NCBI GenBank assembly: GCA_046075485.1
Contig: JBJTQF010000153.1
Location: 1,722 to 65,721, forward strand
DNA length: 64,000 bases
Direction: 5' to 3'
Origin: Myxococcota bacterium
Lineage (GTDB): Bacteria; Myxococcota_A; UBA796; JAJRTE01; JBJTQF01
Positions 1-9,836 of the stretch are shown here, in pieces. The notes under the pieces are model-generated. The model made no database searches. It saw only the letters and a program-made list of their open reading frames with translations, and had not been told where the DNA came from. Made by a program: the position numbers and the translations under genes. How positions within the stretch are numbered: position 1 is the first letter of the stretch; each line of letters begins with the position of its first letter.

Positions 1-33
1 AAAAATAGGGTGGCCAGTCCACGGGGCTGACCA
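1..33 (-). terminator. Putative intrinsic terminator read on the minus strand
   Basis: Minus strand reads TGGTCAG-ccccgtgga-CTGGCCA (7-bp stem with one G-U, plus coords 33-11), then CCCTATTTTT (coords 10-1). It lies about 310 nt downstream of the pbpC stop. Confidence 0.4.
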
Positions 34-342
34 AAAAATGCTCGATCTTCTGGGGCACTACCCGGGGCTGACACAGTGGGGTCTTGGTTCATGGGCATTC
101 CTGTACTCGAGGGGTGATGGGCCAAAATGCTGTCGGAGGCACTCAGGGGGAGCCCTCCACGGGTGCTGTCAGGCTAACCGGTGGACTTTCTCGCGTCAAG
201 GCGCAAGTCCGGTGGACACTCGCTGGGGCTGAGGAGCTCACGCTTTTTGTCGTACCGGCGCGGCGAAAACATCCTGCATAGCCGGATTCTGCTGAGAACG
301 CCCCCCGCTCATCGTCTCAGCACCTTGCCTCGGAGCGTAGGT

Positions 343-2793
343 CTACGGCAACACCTCCACCCACACACGGGAGGAACGCAGCGGGGTTCCCGGCACGCCC
401 ACCTGAAAGTGGTGTCGCCCCGGCTCAAGGGTCCAGCGGGTCTCGTAAGGATGGGAGACCATCCGGTAAGGCTCCCCGTCCACATACCAGAGAAGCTGGG
501 GCAAAACCGGCTCCACCAGCGCCTTGAGGGAGAGGGTGGCCGCATTCTCCGGCAAGCTCGGATCTCGACGCAAACGCCCCCCCACACGCGGAGAGAGCAC
601 CGTCAGCTTCACCGGTCGATCCAGCCTCTGCTCTTGTGTTGCCGGAGAATTTTCCACCGCATCGAGCAGCGGCAGCTTCATACTCTGCGCCCAGCTCTGA
701 TACTCCGGGGGAAGTCGCAGCTTCACGCCCTCACGCCCGCGTGTGCGCACATGAAAGGAACAGTCCTCGAGGGGAAGCAACGAAGGTGGCACAAACTCCG
801 GCACCACCTGATCACAGGCAGGCCCCCCTGCTTTGCCACTCAGCCCACACACTCGAACGGAGACATATCCACGCGGGGGAGGAAAACTGCCATCCGCAAG
901 GCCATCCTGCTGATCGGCGTGGAGCTGACGCATCACCGCCGCCAAGACGCGACCTGCTCCGGTATAGCCGGTCACTTGATGCATCGGCTGAAAGTCCGGC
1001 TGCCCCAACCAGACCCCCACCAAGTAGGACTGGCTCCACGCCACCGCCCAGGCGTCACGATATTGGCTCGAGGTGCCGGTTTTGATCGCCACCGGAAAGG
1101 GGAACTCGGTAAAACCCAAGCGTGGAAAGGTCGGAAGCCGCGCCAGAGGGTCGGAGAGCCACACGGTCAAGAGCTGCGCCACCGCTGGGTCAAAGACCGG
1201 TCGCAGACGTAAGGAGGACATTTCTTGCTCTATCGGTTGCCAATAACGCAGCGGCGTGAGAGATCCGGCCCTGCTCGACGCCAGCGGGTCGAGTGTGCCC
1301 TCGTGGGTGGTACGGGCAGGCTGTGAGGTGAAGGCGGTATAGGCTTGCACCAACTGCTCCAGCGTTACGGGAATTCCACCGATGGCAGGCCCCATCCCGT
1401 GTTGCTCCGCTCTCACCGAAGCATCCGCCAGGGCCAGCCGACGCAGCAGCCCATAACCCGTCTCCAGCCCCAGCCCCCGCAGCAGCTCCAGCGCGGGAAT
1501 ATTTCGGGAATTCGCCAGCGCCACCCGTGGACGTAAGGGCCCCAAGTATCGCCGGTCCATGTTCTCCACCCCCTCGGGTCCACGCGCCAAGTCCGCCAGC
1601 AACGAAGTCGGGGTGAGCAGCCCTCGCTGGAGGGCCTCGGCGTACAAAAATGGCTTGAGGGTCGAACCCGCCAGACGCGGCACGCGGGTATAGTCGATGG
1701 CGCCATGATGAGCGTCGTCAAAATAGTCGGTGGAACCAAGCTGCACGCGCACTTCTCCCGAGTGGGCATCGACCACCAGAAGCGCCGCATTGCCCACCCC
1801 TTGACCGGCGAGGGCCTGCACCTCCCGCAACAGGACCGAGGCCAGGCGCTGCTGAAGGGACAAATCGAGGGTGGTCTGCACTCGCGGCTGCATCCGCCGC
1901 AGCTCCGGCAGACGTGCTTTCACACCCAACACAAAATGTAAGGATTCCGTCGGTCGAGGGGTCAAGGGCAGGAGCCGTAGGCTCTCCAGCTCGTGAAGCG
2001 CAAGCTGAAGCTCCGCTTTGTTGAGCCAGCCTTCACGCTCGAGTGCCAGCAGAATTCGTTTGGCGCGGGCTTGAGCGTGGGTACGTCCTTCTGATGTGAA
2101 CGGATTCATCCGAGCCGGTGCTTGAGGCAAGGCGGTCAAAAAGGCGGTCTCAGCCCAGCTTAGGTCTTCTACAGGCTTGTCCAGATAGCGCCGAGCGGCA
2201 TAGGCAATCCCATGAAAGCGGTTTCCATAGGGCACACGCTGGAGATAATGGCGGAGAAGCTGCTCTCGGCCATGTCGAAGGGTGAGGGCCACGGCGGTTA
2301 AGGCTTCAAGTCCTTTGCGCCAGAGGGTGCGCGTTCCCGGATGCTGAAGGCGCGCCACCTGCATGGCGAGGGTCGAAGCGCCCGACACCCGCCGCCCAAG
2401 CCGGAGATTGTCGTAGGCCGCTCGTAGGATGGCCCCCACATCGACCCCCGGATGTTGCCAAAAGTGTCGATCTTCGAGGGTTAAGGTGGCCGCGACCACC
2501 CGCTTGGGCAAGGGCTCCACCGGCCAGAAGCCCAAGGGCCCCTGCCCTTCGTCGGCCAAAAACCGCCCGTGCCGATCCAGCAGCAGATAGGTCGGTGCAG
2601 GGCTCTCGAGGTGAGACCGCTGCCACACGAGCACCAAGAGGCCACACAAAAATAGCGGAAGTAGGAGCAGGAGCAGCCGCCAAAACCCGCACAGGAATTG
2701 TCTCAGACGCTTGAGAAAAGGCCAACGCTGCTCGAGCGCGCGCCAGCGGGCAGGCAGGAAAGGCTGAGGGTGAGACTCAGCGGCGGATTTCAA
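343..2793 (-). CDS. pbpC: Penicillin-binding protein 1C (bifunctional GT51 transglycosylase / transpeptidase)
   Basis: GT51 motifs EDRHFWQHPGVD and GASTLAMQVAR. Transpeptidase motifs STLKPF (SxxK), SRN and KTGTS. N-terminal TM helix. Apparent TTG start overlaps the upstream alpha-2-macroglobulin stop by 17 nt. Classic pbpC-yfhM gene pairing. Confidence 0.9.
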   Translation of the reverse strand: MKSAAESHPQPFLPARWRALEQRWPFLKRLRQFLCGFWRLLLLLLPLFLCGLLVLVWQRSHLESPAPTYLLLDRHGRFLADEGQGPLGFWPVEPLPKRVVAATLTLEDRHFWQHPGVDVGAILRAAYDNLRLGRRVSGASTLAMQVARLQHPGTRTLWRKGLEALTAVALTLRHGREQLLRHYLQRVPYGNRFHGIAYAARRYLDKPVEDLSWAETAFLTALPQAPARMNPFTSEGRTHAQARAKRILLALEREGWLNKAELQLALHELESLRLLPLTPRPTESLHFVLGVKARLPELRRMQPRVQTTLDLSLQQRLASVLLREVQALAGQGVGNAALLVVDAHSGEVRVQLGSTDYFDDAHHGAIDYTRVPRLAGSTLKPFLYAEALQRGLLTPTSLLADLARGPEGVENMDRRYLGPLRPRVALANSRNIPALELLRGLGLETGYGLLRRLALADASVRAEQHGMGPAIGGIPVTLEQLVQAYTAFTSQPARTTHEGTLDPLASSRAGSLTPLRYWQPIEQEMSSLRLRPVFDPAVAQLLTVWLSDPLARLPTFPRLGFTEFPFPVAIKTGTSSQYRDAWAVAWSQSYLVGVWLGQPDFQPMHQVTGYTGAGRVLAAVMRQLHADQQDGLADGSFPPPRGYVSVRVCGLSGKAGGPACDQVVPEFVPPSLLPLEDCSFHVRTRGREGVKLRLPPEYQSWAQSMKLPLLDAVENSPATQEQRLDRPVKLTVLSPRVGGRLRRDPSLPENAATLSLKALVEPVLPQLLWYVDGEPYRMVSHPYETRWTLEPGRHHFQVGVPGTPLRSSRVWVEVLP

Positions 2794-5700
2794 CCCAGGC
2801 TCCCGGTGATTGAGCCCGCACGGCTTCGTTGTACATCAACGCAGCGGTGGCGCCAGGCTGGATGAACTTTCCGGGCACACTGGCGCGGGTGCGCACGTAG
2901 AGCTCAAAGGTGCCCGCAGGCAGACGGTTAAAGAAATAAGCCACCTGATCATCCAACAGTGCGGTATAGGTCGGTGTGATGGTGGAGCGGCCACGAGGGA
3001 TCGCCTCGGGGGGTGAGGTCGCCAGAGCCGGGTTCAGCGGCTCGATGCCCGCCGCCAGGGGCAGGATCAAGGCCACATGGTAACGCTCCTGGGGATTGAC
3101 CACCTGGAGCTGCTCCTCCTGCACCTCCCCCACTTGCCAGCGTAGGAGCGTACCAGATTTGTCCAGCGGCACGCGAGTCAGTCCGCCCTGCGCATCCACC
3201 TTCGAGACCGTGCGGGTGAGCACAAAACCTTGTGTGCGGGCTTCCATCTCTGCACCCGGCTCCACCGGAATGAAGCGGCTCTCTTCACGCACCAGCACCG
3301 GAGCGCCGTCGATCAGCTCCAACATCCCCGCCAGCGCCTGCCCACTCACCCACCGCTGCACCGGGGTCTTGCCGGTCAAGACCTTACGCTCGGGATCGGC
3401 CCCCAGCCGCAGGGCCACGGTCGCACTCGGCCCAGTCGGATTGGCCCCCTCCATACGCGCTGCCAAGCTCAGGAGGGCTTCCGCATCGGCATTCGGATTG
3501 CCCCAGCCTGCCGGACCTCCCCGAGCTATCAGGTTGTCCAACACCAGCCCCAGCCGTGGGGCATTCGGCGTGACTTGAAAGAGCGCCCGCGCCACCTGCG
3601 CCACCGCCCGAGTCTCAGAGCCTAACAACAAAGCACTGCGAGGCCACCGCCCTTTGAGCCCCACAAACACTTCTTTACCCTGCGAGAGCTGGAAAAGAAG
3701 CTGTGTTTGCAGGTTGTTCGCCAGTCCTTGCACGGCGGGGGTCTGCTCCTGACCTTGCGCAGCAAAGGCGAGCAAAATCCGCGCCATGCCTTCTTCGTCG
3801 AGCAGCTCCGCCTGACGCAGCAGCTCCGCCGCATATGCTTGCTCAAACTGACCCGCCCGTGCGAGGGCCGAGAGCGCCCAAGCCCGCTCAAGCCAGGCTT
3901 GCCCATCCACAAAGGCCCCCGCATCGGAACGTAAGGACTGCTTTAAGGTGCTGATCAGCTTGTCTCTCAAGGCAGTATCCACCGAGAGCCCGACGGCTTT
4001 GGCCTCCACCAGCAGCTCCAGGCTCCAGGCGGTCAAGGTCACAGTGCCCGGAGAACCCGGCCAAAAGGCCACCCGTCCCCCCGCATCTTGGGTCGAGCGC
4101 AGAAATTCTCCGGTCTGGCCCAAGAGGGTGTCGAGGGGCAAGGTGCTGGGATCGAGCTGGAGCAGATTTTGAAGGCGAGACAAGGCCAGCTCCGCCCGCA
4201 CCCGGCTGATGCGCTGCTCGGCACACCCGTAAGGATATTGCCGCAAGGCTTCAAGGCCCGCCACAAGCTGGAGCATGGCCGGCTGCGTGGAGACCCACAC
4301 CTGTCGTCGAAGGCTTCCCACCCTTGAAGGTGGCAGGGCGTCGAGGCTCAGGCTCTTGCCCGACTCCAGCAGGCGCTGCTGACGCACGACCTCAAGCGGG
4401 CGATCCGGCTTGATCGGAAGGCTGATCTCAAAGGCGTCGTTGCCCGGCTCACGCTGGCGCTCCACTCCGATGGTGAGCTTCACTTCTTGGCGCGCTTGGC
4501 CACTCGAAGGGGTCACGGGGGTGGGGACAAACACTGGAAACTCGATGCGGACGCTCTGTTTCGGGTCGAGTAAAACCTTTCGAGTGGCACCTTCGAGCAG
4601 GTTGAGCCCCTCCACGCGGGCTTGAGCATTGGCTTCTCCGGCGACACCATCCACCACACGGGTGAGTGCGGTGGCCACAAACTGATCGCCCGGTCGCACA
4701 AAACGGGGCAAGGCAGGCTGGACTTGAACCGGCAGTCGAACCGCCACTTTACCGGTGGCATAACCAAATCGCTCCAGCCCACTCACCACTTTGGCCCGCA
4801 CTTTAAAGAGGGTCAGGTTGTCTGGGAGCTTTACCATGAGGGTGGTCTTGCCACTGCTGCCGATCTGAATGGCAGGGGCATAAAACGGAACGGTGCGGAA
4901 ATCTTTTCGCACGGTCACTTTGTCCAGAAAATCCAGCTCCTCTTCAGGGCCTCCATCCCCTCCGGGCAGGCGATAAAACGGCAGGGCCCCTTGCACGAGG
5001 TTGCGAGCGTCCACCACCCTCACCCGGCTTACCGGATCTTCCAAGAAGCTCGGGACCGGATCCAAGCGTGCTTCACGCGCCAGGGAGAGCACGGCTTGAT
5101 CCACCAGCCACAGGGCCACTTCTCCCGAGAGTGGCTTGCCTGCCGGATCTTTGAGGGTGATTTCCACCGGAATGGAGCTGCCGGGCAAGGCTTTTTCGGG
5201 ATGTTTGAGGGTCATGTTGACTTGATGGGCTTGAGGGGTCAACGTCAGCCACACCGTCGATGCCAGGGAGATCGGTCGGCTCAGGTCAGACGGCTCCCCT
5301 CCCGCTCGGCTGGTGGCCGCGACCCGCCCCCGCTGAAGCACCACGGTGATCGGAAAACTCGGGGTGAGCTCTTTCCTCAGCGGCAGGGTCAAGACCCCCT
5401 GCCCTTTGCTGATCACCATATTAATATAGTCTGTGCGGTCAGGGCCTTCGACAATGGCCAGGGCCTGGGCATCCTGATAAGGACTCTGCACCACCACGCG
5501 CGCCAGCTCACCGGGGTTGTAGCTGCTCTTATCGGGGGTGAGGCTAAAAACCCCTCCTTCGGGGGGCTGCCAGGCCACCGGGGTATCTCCCGCTGCAAAA
5601 AAGTCCAGGTTGACCCGCTGACTCCGCCCCAACCGGTCTTGAGCCTCCACTTCGAGCACGTAGACGCCCGCACGCGGGAGGGTCAAGGGCAGGTCGATGG

Positions 5701-8623
5701 CTCCTTTGCCACTCACCACACTCAAGGTTGAGATGGGAGTCTCCACCACGTCGGTAAGGTAACGGGGGGCTTCGCTGGAAAAGTCTCCTTCTTGCAGGAC
5801 CGAATGCCACTCCCGCAGGGTCAAGCGCGCATTCACCTTCTGATCGGGGAGCGGCTGACCTTTGGGATCCACCACCAGCAGAGACGCCAGCACTGGCCCC
5901 GGTTTCTCCACAAAACGAGGCACCTTCACCCCCAGGGCAAAGGCCGGCACGGAGAGCACCGAACGACGCTGGGTCACGGTCTGGCCATCGTCGCCGGTCA
6001 CGGTGGCTTCCACCACATAACGCCGAGGCGCACTCGATGCTTCGAGGCCCGGATCGAGGGTCAGGCGCGCAGCTCCATCTTCTCCGCTCACATCGGAACG
6101 CTCCAGCTCCCCTTGTGCTTCGTTGCGCGCACCGCCGCCGAAGCGGGCATCGGTCGAAAAATAATAACCGGGGACACTACGAGGAGCCCACACCTCCGGG
6201 AGATGGGTCACTCGCCAGCGCACGGGGGCTGCATTCAGCCGCCCTCCGGCAAAAAACGAGGCGGTCAAGCTGACGTCAAAAGGCCGGTCGTTGGGCACCG
6301 TATCGGGGCTCTGAAGGCGCACTTCAAAGCGAGGGATACGATATGCCTCCACCTGAAAGCTCATATAGGCTAGGGGGTTGGCCTCGGCATCTTCAAGCTG
6401 AACGGTATAGGTTCCCACCGGCATGGGATTCTCATCCTTCAAGCGATGGTAGAAGGTTCCCAGGCTCGAGAGTTTCACCGGAATACGCTGGGTAAAGTCA
6501 TCCGGTCCCACCACCACCAGGGTCAAGCTCTGACTGGGCAGGCGAAGCTGTCCACTCACCCGCTCGCGCACCCAGGCTTGCAGATGCACTTCTTCTTCGG
6601 GACGATAGATCGGACGCTCCGAAAAGAGATGGGCCAGCAAGGTCGCGGGCGGCAGCCGATCTTTTTCTTGCGCCTGCGTGCCGTCCAGCCAATTGCCATA
6701 GTCGGTACGCCAATAACCATCTTGAAAGAGCTGGCGGGGATGCTGCGGGTCGAGCACCAGGGTATCGTCTCCCGTGCTCACCACCAGCCGCTGAAGGGTG
6801 TGGCTCGAGCCCAGCGGCGGCGGGTTCCACATCACCTTGCCTTCTTTGTTGGTGGTGCCTTGAAAGACGGTCAGCCAAGTCGGGGCACGGTTGGCCACCA
6901 CTTGACCGGCTTCGAGCTTGACACTCGCCCCCGAGACGGGCAACCCCGTGCTCAGGGCCGAAACTTGAAAGACCACGCCACGCGGCTCTTCGACGGTCAG
7001 CAGGCTCAGGTCGGTGACTTGCACCCGCGACCAGCTCCGGGTGGGACTGCCGTTGAGTCGCTTCACGCCCACCAAGTAGGTGCCACTTTTATCGGGCCCC
7101 GCCACCTTCTCCAGCAGCGGCTTGAGGTCCAGCCCAAATCGAGCCGCATCTTCTTGCCGTTTGAGGGGCAAACTGACCCGCTCCGAGAGACGTGGCAAGC
7201 TCAGGCTGCGCAGGTAGAGGGCCAGACGTTCGCCATCGGGTCGCCCCAGCGGGTCGGTGAAGGCCGCCGGCAGCTCTCCAGGACCGGGCGGACGCTCACG
7301 CTCGTTGACCTCCACCGGCTGCTCAGGAAAGGGCCACAACGAACGCTCGAGGGGATCCACCGTGTGAATGCGCACCTCCACTTCGGTCTCACCTCGAGCT
7401 TCGAGGGGCAGGCGCTGAGGGCCTCGGCGCTCGAGCAGCAGTGCTCCTTGATCCACTTGGAGGTAACGAGGCTGAGGCGCAAAATGGAGAGGCACTTCGA
7501 CCGGGGCTAGGAGCTGGAGCGGTCGCCCACTTTGGTCACGTAAGGCCGTCGGAAGCAGGCGCACGGTATAGAGCACACCCGATGCAAAATCACCGATAAT
7601 CTCAATGGTTCGATCTTCATTCTTAAAGAAAAGGTTTTCAACCGGAGGCTCAAGTCGCACCAGATGGCGCGCCAGTGCGGGGGTCAAGGACTCGGGCACT
7701 GCGGTCAGCTCCAGGCGAATGGCACGCGGCGAAGGAGCACAGGCCAGGGCTTGATCGGCTCGATAACGAGTTCCTTCCACACTCAAGGGCAGGCTCTGTC
7801 CTCCACAGGCGACCTGACGAATGGCAAACGGCGCTGCGGTGCTGAAAGAGGTCTCGTAACGGGCACTGAGGCTCTTGTCTCCGGGGGCAAGCTGGAGCGA
7901 CAACAGCACCCGAGTTGCGGGGGGCACGGGCTCGAGCAGCTCGATGCGCACACGGGAGGGCTCACTGGCATTTCCGCGCTCCAGGGCCTTGAGGCGATAG
8001 GCGGAGGGCGGCAGGCGCTGTTCCTGGGTCTCGTCGAGTCCCGGAAGCGGTCGATATCGCAGCTCGAGCTGAGGGGCCAGCAGTGCCGGATCGGTAGGCT
8101 CGGAGAAGACCAGGGTGAGGGTCTTTACGGCGCTGAGGCCCTCGGCATCGGGGGCGGGTTCCTGCTGAATCGGAGGCTGGAGCCGGGTCAGGTACTCAAA
8201 GGTCTTGCCTTCCACCTTCAACTTTACCTGCTGGAGTGGAATCCAGGGCTCCGCAGGGCGAAACTGGAGGGTTGAGCCGTCAAGCCAGCGCCATTCTCCG
8301 GGCTGAGGTGGGTCGAGCTGGACCAGCGCGGAGGGATCATCGGCAGGGCCTCCCCCGGCTGGACCCAACACACGGGGGAAAAAGAGGGTCACTGGATCCC
8401 AGCTTTGTAGGAACCGATCCGGCACCACCTGAAGCTGAGCGGGCCGCGTGCGTTGTGTCCCCACATCCAGCACCACTGGCGCAAGCTGTGCCAGCGCCAC
8501 CCCTCCCAGCAGCAGCAGCCCTCCCAACATCCAGCGCCAGCGGGTGGGGTCGCGTCGAGGAGGAAGGCCACCGGTGCTCTTTTCCAAATTCAAAGATGGG
8601 GGTAAAAAATCCAGCCTGCGCAT
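2777..8623 (-). CDS. yfhM: Bacterial alpha-2-macroglobulin family protein (thioester type), 1948 aa
   Basis: Very large secreted protein with the YPYGCAEQR thioester motif (CxEQ), an N-terminal hydrophobic anchor (WRWMLGGLLLLGGVALAQL) and pbpC immediately downstream. ATG at 8623 is preceded by GAGG. Confidence 0.9.
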   Translation of the reverse strand: MRRLDFLPPSLNLEKSTGGLPPRRDPTRWRWMLGGLLLLGGVALAQLAPVVLDVGTQRTRPAQLQVVPDRFLQSWDPVTLFFPRVLGPAGGGPADDPSALVQLDPPQPGEWRWLDGSTLQFRPAEPWIPLQQVKLKVEGKTFEYLTRLQPPIQQEPAPDAEGLSAVKTLTLVFSEPTDPALLAPQLELRYRPLPGLDETQEQRLPPSAYRLKALERGNASEPSRVRIELLEPVPPATRVLLSLQLAPGDKSLSARYETSFSTAAPFAIRQVACGGQSLPLSVEGTRYRADQALACAPSPRAIRLELTAVPESLTPALARHLVRLEPPVENLFFKNEDRTIEIIGDFASGVLYTVRLLPTALRDQSGRPLQLLAPVEVPLHFAPQPRYLQVDQGALLLERRGPQRLPLEARGETEVEVRIHTVDPLERSLWPFPEQPVEVNERERPPGPGELPAAFTDPLGRPDGERLALYLRSLSLPRLSERVSLPLKRQEDAARFGLDLKPLLEKVAGPDKSGTYLVGVKRLNGSPTRSWSRVQVTDLSLLTVEEPRGVVFQVSALSTGLPVSGASVKLEAGQVVANRAPTWLTVFQGTTNKEGKVMWNPPPLGSSHTLQRLVVSTGDDTLVLDPQHPRQLFQDGYWRTDYGNWLDGTQAQEKDRLPPATLLAHLFSERPIYRPEEEVHLQAWVRERVSGQLRLPSQSLTLVVVGPDDFTQRIPVKLSSLGTFYHRLKDENPMPVGTYTVQLEDAEANPLAYMSFQVEAYRIPRFEVRLQSPDTVPNDRPFDVSLTASFFAGGRLNAAPVRWRVTHLPEVWAPRSVPGYYFSTDARFGGGARNEAQGELERSDVSGEDGAARLTLDPGLEASSAPRRYVVEATVTGDDGQTVTQRRSVLSVPAFALGVKVPRFVEKPGPVLASLLVVDPKGQPLPDQKVNARLTLREWHSVLQEGDFSSEAPRYLTDVVETPISTLSVVSGKGAIDLPLTLPRAGVYVLEVEAQDRLGRSQRVNLDFFAAGDTPVAWQPPEGGVFSLTPDKSSYNPGELARVVVQSPYQDAQALAIVEGPDRTDYINMVISKGQGVLTLPLRKELTPSFPITVVLQRGRVAATSRAGGEPSDLSRPISLASTVWLTLTPQAHQVNMTLKHPEKALPGSSIPVEITLKDPAGKPLSGEVALWLVDQAVLSLAREARLDPVPSFLEDPVSRVRVVDARNLVQGALPFYRLPGGDGGPEEELDFLDKVTVRKDFRTVPFYAPAIQIGSSGKTTLMVKLPDNLTLFKVRAKVVSGLERFGYATGKVAVRLPVQVQPALPRFVRPGDQFVATALTRVVDGVAGEANAQARVEGLNLLEGATRKVLLDPKQSVRIEFPVFVPTPVTPSSGQARQEVKLTIGVERQREPGNDAFEISLPIKPDRPLEVVRQQRLLESGKSLSLDALPPSRVGSLRRQVWVSTQPAMLQLVAGLEALRQYPYGCAEQRISRVRAELALSRLQNLLQLDPSTLPLDTLLGQTGEFLRSTQDAGGRVAFWPGSPGTVTLTAWSLELLVEAKAVGLSVDTALRDKLISTLKQSLRSDAGAFVDGQAWLERAWALSALARAGQFEQAYAAELLRQAELLDEEGMARILLAFAAQGQEQTPAVQGLANNLQTQLLFQLSQGKEVFVGLKGRWPRSALLLGSETRAVAQVARALFQVTPNAPRLGLVLDNLIARGGPAGWGNPNADAEALLSLAARMEGANPTGPSATVALRLGADPERKVLTGKTPVQRWVSGQALAGMLELIDGAPVLVREESRFIPVEPGAEMEARTQGFVLTRTVSKVDAQGGLTRVPLDKSGTLLRWQVGEVQEEQLQVVNPQERYHVALILPLAAGIEPLNPALATSPPEAIPRGRSTITPTYTALLDDQVAYFFNRLPAGTFELYVRTRASVPGKFIQPGATAALMYNEAVRAQSPGAWVEIRR
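4214..4225 (-). other. Thioester CAEQ codons of the alpha-2-macroglobulin
   Basis: Plus-strand ctgctcggcaca is the reverse complement of TGT GCC GAG CAG (C-A-E-Q), within QYPYGCAEQRIS. Confidence 0.8.
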
Positions 8624-8707
8624 GATATACCTCTACTTTTCAGCCTTCAGCAGACGAAAACGAGCACTTCAAAACGTGGGGCGACGACACGCCCAAAGGA
8701 GTCCACT

Positions 8708-9823
8708 ATGTCCATGCGGTTGCAGCCGCTGAGAGGCGTGACCCCACTTGCCCAGCTCTGTCAGCAGGTGCATTCCGTGGAGGGGCTGGGGCCCAACACC
8801 TGGCTGTCGTTGGGGTCTCCAGAGCGCCTACCGGACACAAAGCCGCTGCTGATCAACTCCGTGTATGAGGATGTGTGGCAGGAGATCCAGTCACACAAGC
8901 TCGATACGTTTGAAAATCGTACCCCTTCTCCCTGGATCGCCCGCCTCGACCATGCATCCGTGATGGGGCTGCATTATCTGGTGGCCACCGGCGAAGGTCA
9001 GGTGGTGGCGGAGACCCTCCAAAACCGTCCTGCACTGCTGGAGTCGCTGCTCCAGCCGGTGCCAGAGCCCCTTCACGCGGACGTGCCGGTCACCCGGGTG
9101 CTCGAGGGGGATGTGGTGCGTCTGGGCTCCACCTGGAGCGGGGCTTTTTATCATCAGGTGCAGGATTTTTTGCCCATGCTCCTGCTGTTGGATGCGCTGC
9201 CCGCTCATGTCCAGCCCCGGTTTTTGACGGATCGGCTCACCCCGGTCTATCGTGCGCTGCTCGAGCGCTTGGGTGTTCCGCTCGAGCAGGTGGTGGAGCA
9301 CGACTGGGGCGTCTGTCAGGTGGAGCGGCTGTGGATGCCCTCCCGCCTCAACCATCATATGAGCACCACTCCTTCGATTCAACGCTGGCTCAAGCGGTCG
9401 CTGCTGGAGCCGGATGCCCAAGCGCCCCGCCGTCTTTATGTGTCTCGCCGGGATACGCATTCCCGCCGGGTGGTCAACGAAGAACGGCTGCTGCGCCTGC
9501 TCGAGCCGCTGAACTTTACCTGCCTGACCGGAGATGAGGGCAATTTTGAGGCTCAAGCGCGACGCTTCAGCAACGCGGAGGTGGTCATTGCGCCACATGG
9601 AGGGGCGCTGACGCACTTAACGTTCTGTCCTCCAGGCTGTCTGGTGATCGAGCTGCTGCCCGAAGGACGGCTCACCTTCCCGTTTTATAATCTGGCGCGT
9701 TGCAACCAGCTCTGTTATCTCTTCCTCATCTGTCGGAGTGTGAACGAGGCGGCGGATATGGAAGCGCCCCTCGAGCTGCTGGCATCCCTTCTGGGCCTGC
9801 CTTCGCCTTCGTCTGAGGGCTGA
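8708..9823 (+). CDS. Glycosyltransferase family 61 / DUF563-like protein
   Basis: The C-terminal half matches the DUF563/GT61 pattern (RLYVSRRD..R.VVNEE.L..LL..L.F......G.F.AQARRFSNAEVVIAPHGGALTHLTFCPPG.LVIELLP). AGGAG lies upstream of the ATG at 8708. Confidence 0.7.
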   Translation: MSMRLQPLRGVTPLAQLCQQVHSVEGLGPNTWLSLGSPERLPDTKPLLINSVYEDVWQEIQSHKLDTFENRTPSPWIARLDHASVMGLHYLVATGEGQVVAETLQNRPALLESLLQPVPEPLHADVPVTRVLEGDVVRLGSTWSGAFYHQVQDFLPMLLLLDALPAHVQPRFLTDRLTPVYRALLERLGVPLEQVVEHDWGVCQVERLWMPSRLNHHMSTTPSIQRWLKRSLLEPDAQAPRRLYVSRRDTHSRRVVNEERLLRLLEPLNFTCLTGDEGNFEAQARRFSNAEVVIAPHGGALTHLTFCPPGCLVIELLPEGRLTFPFYNLARCNQLCYLFLICRSVNEAADMEAPLELLASLLGLPSPSSEG

Positions 9824-9836
9824 GCCTGCACGGGCC

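Noticed and set aside
1-342. RNase P RNA, tmRNA or SRP RNA, suggested by GAGAAAGTCC, GGGGCTGAC, CCCGGGTAG and GGTGCTGT strings.
   Set aside because: The spacing between the RNase P-like strings is far too short, and GGTAACGCC and ACAGAA elements are absent. There is no tRNA-like T-arm or CCA end for tmRNA, and no GGAAG/AGCAG SRP domain IV motif. The resemblances are short and probably fortuitous.
181-1212. Long ORFs antisense to or overlapping recognised genes. Examples: 181..1212, 4622..5731, 5792..6373, 6446..7510, 7664..8275, 8891..9616, 11811..12806, 12885..13946, 14796..15722, 16322..17260, 17263..18111, 19735..20508, 21198..22025, 23412..24467, 26566..28263, 29830..30594, 33590..34222, 41315..42505, 43147..45196, 46038..46649, 47541..48158, 48080..49117, 52095..52937, 53388..54350, 59074..60108, 61041..61796, 61869..62978.
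   Set aside because: High-GC DNA produces long stop-free antisense frames. These translations are Arg/Gly/His/Pro/Gln-rich with no motifs. Each is fully overlapped by an ORF on the other strand or frame that carries clear family motifs.
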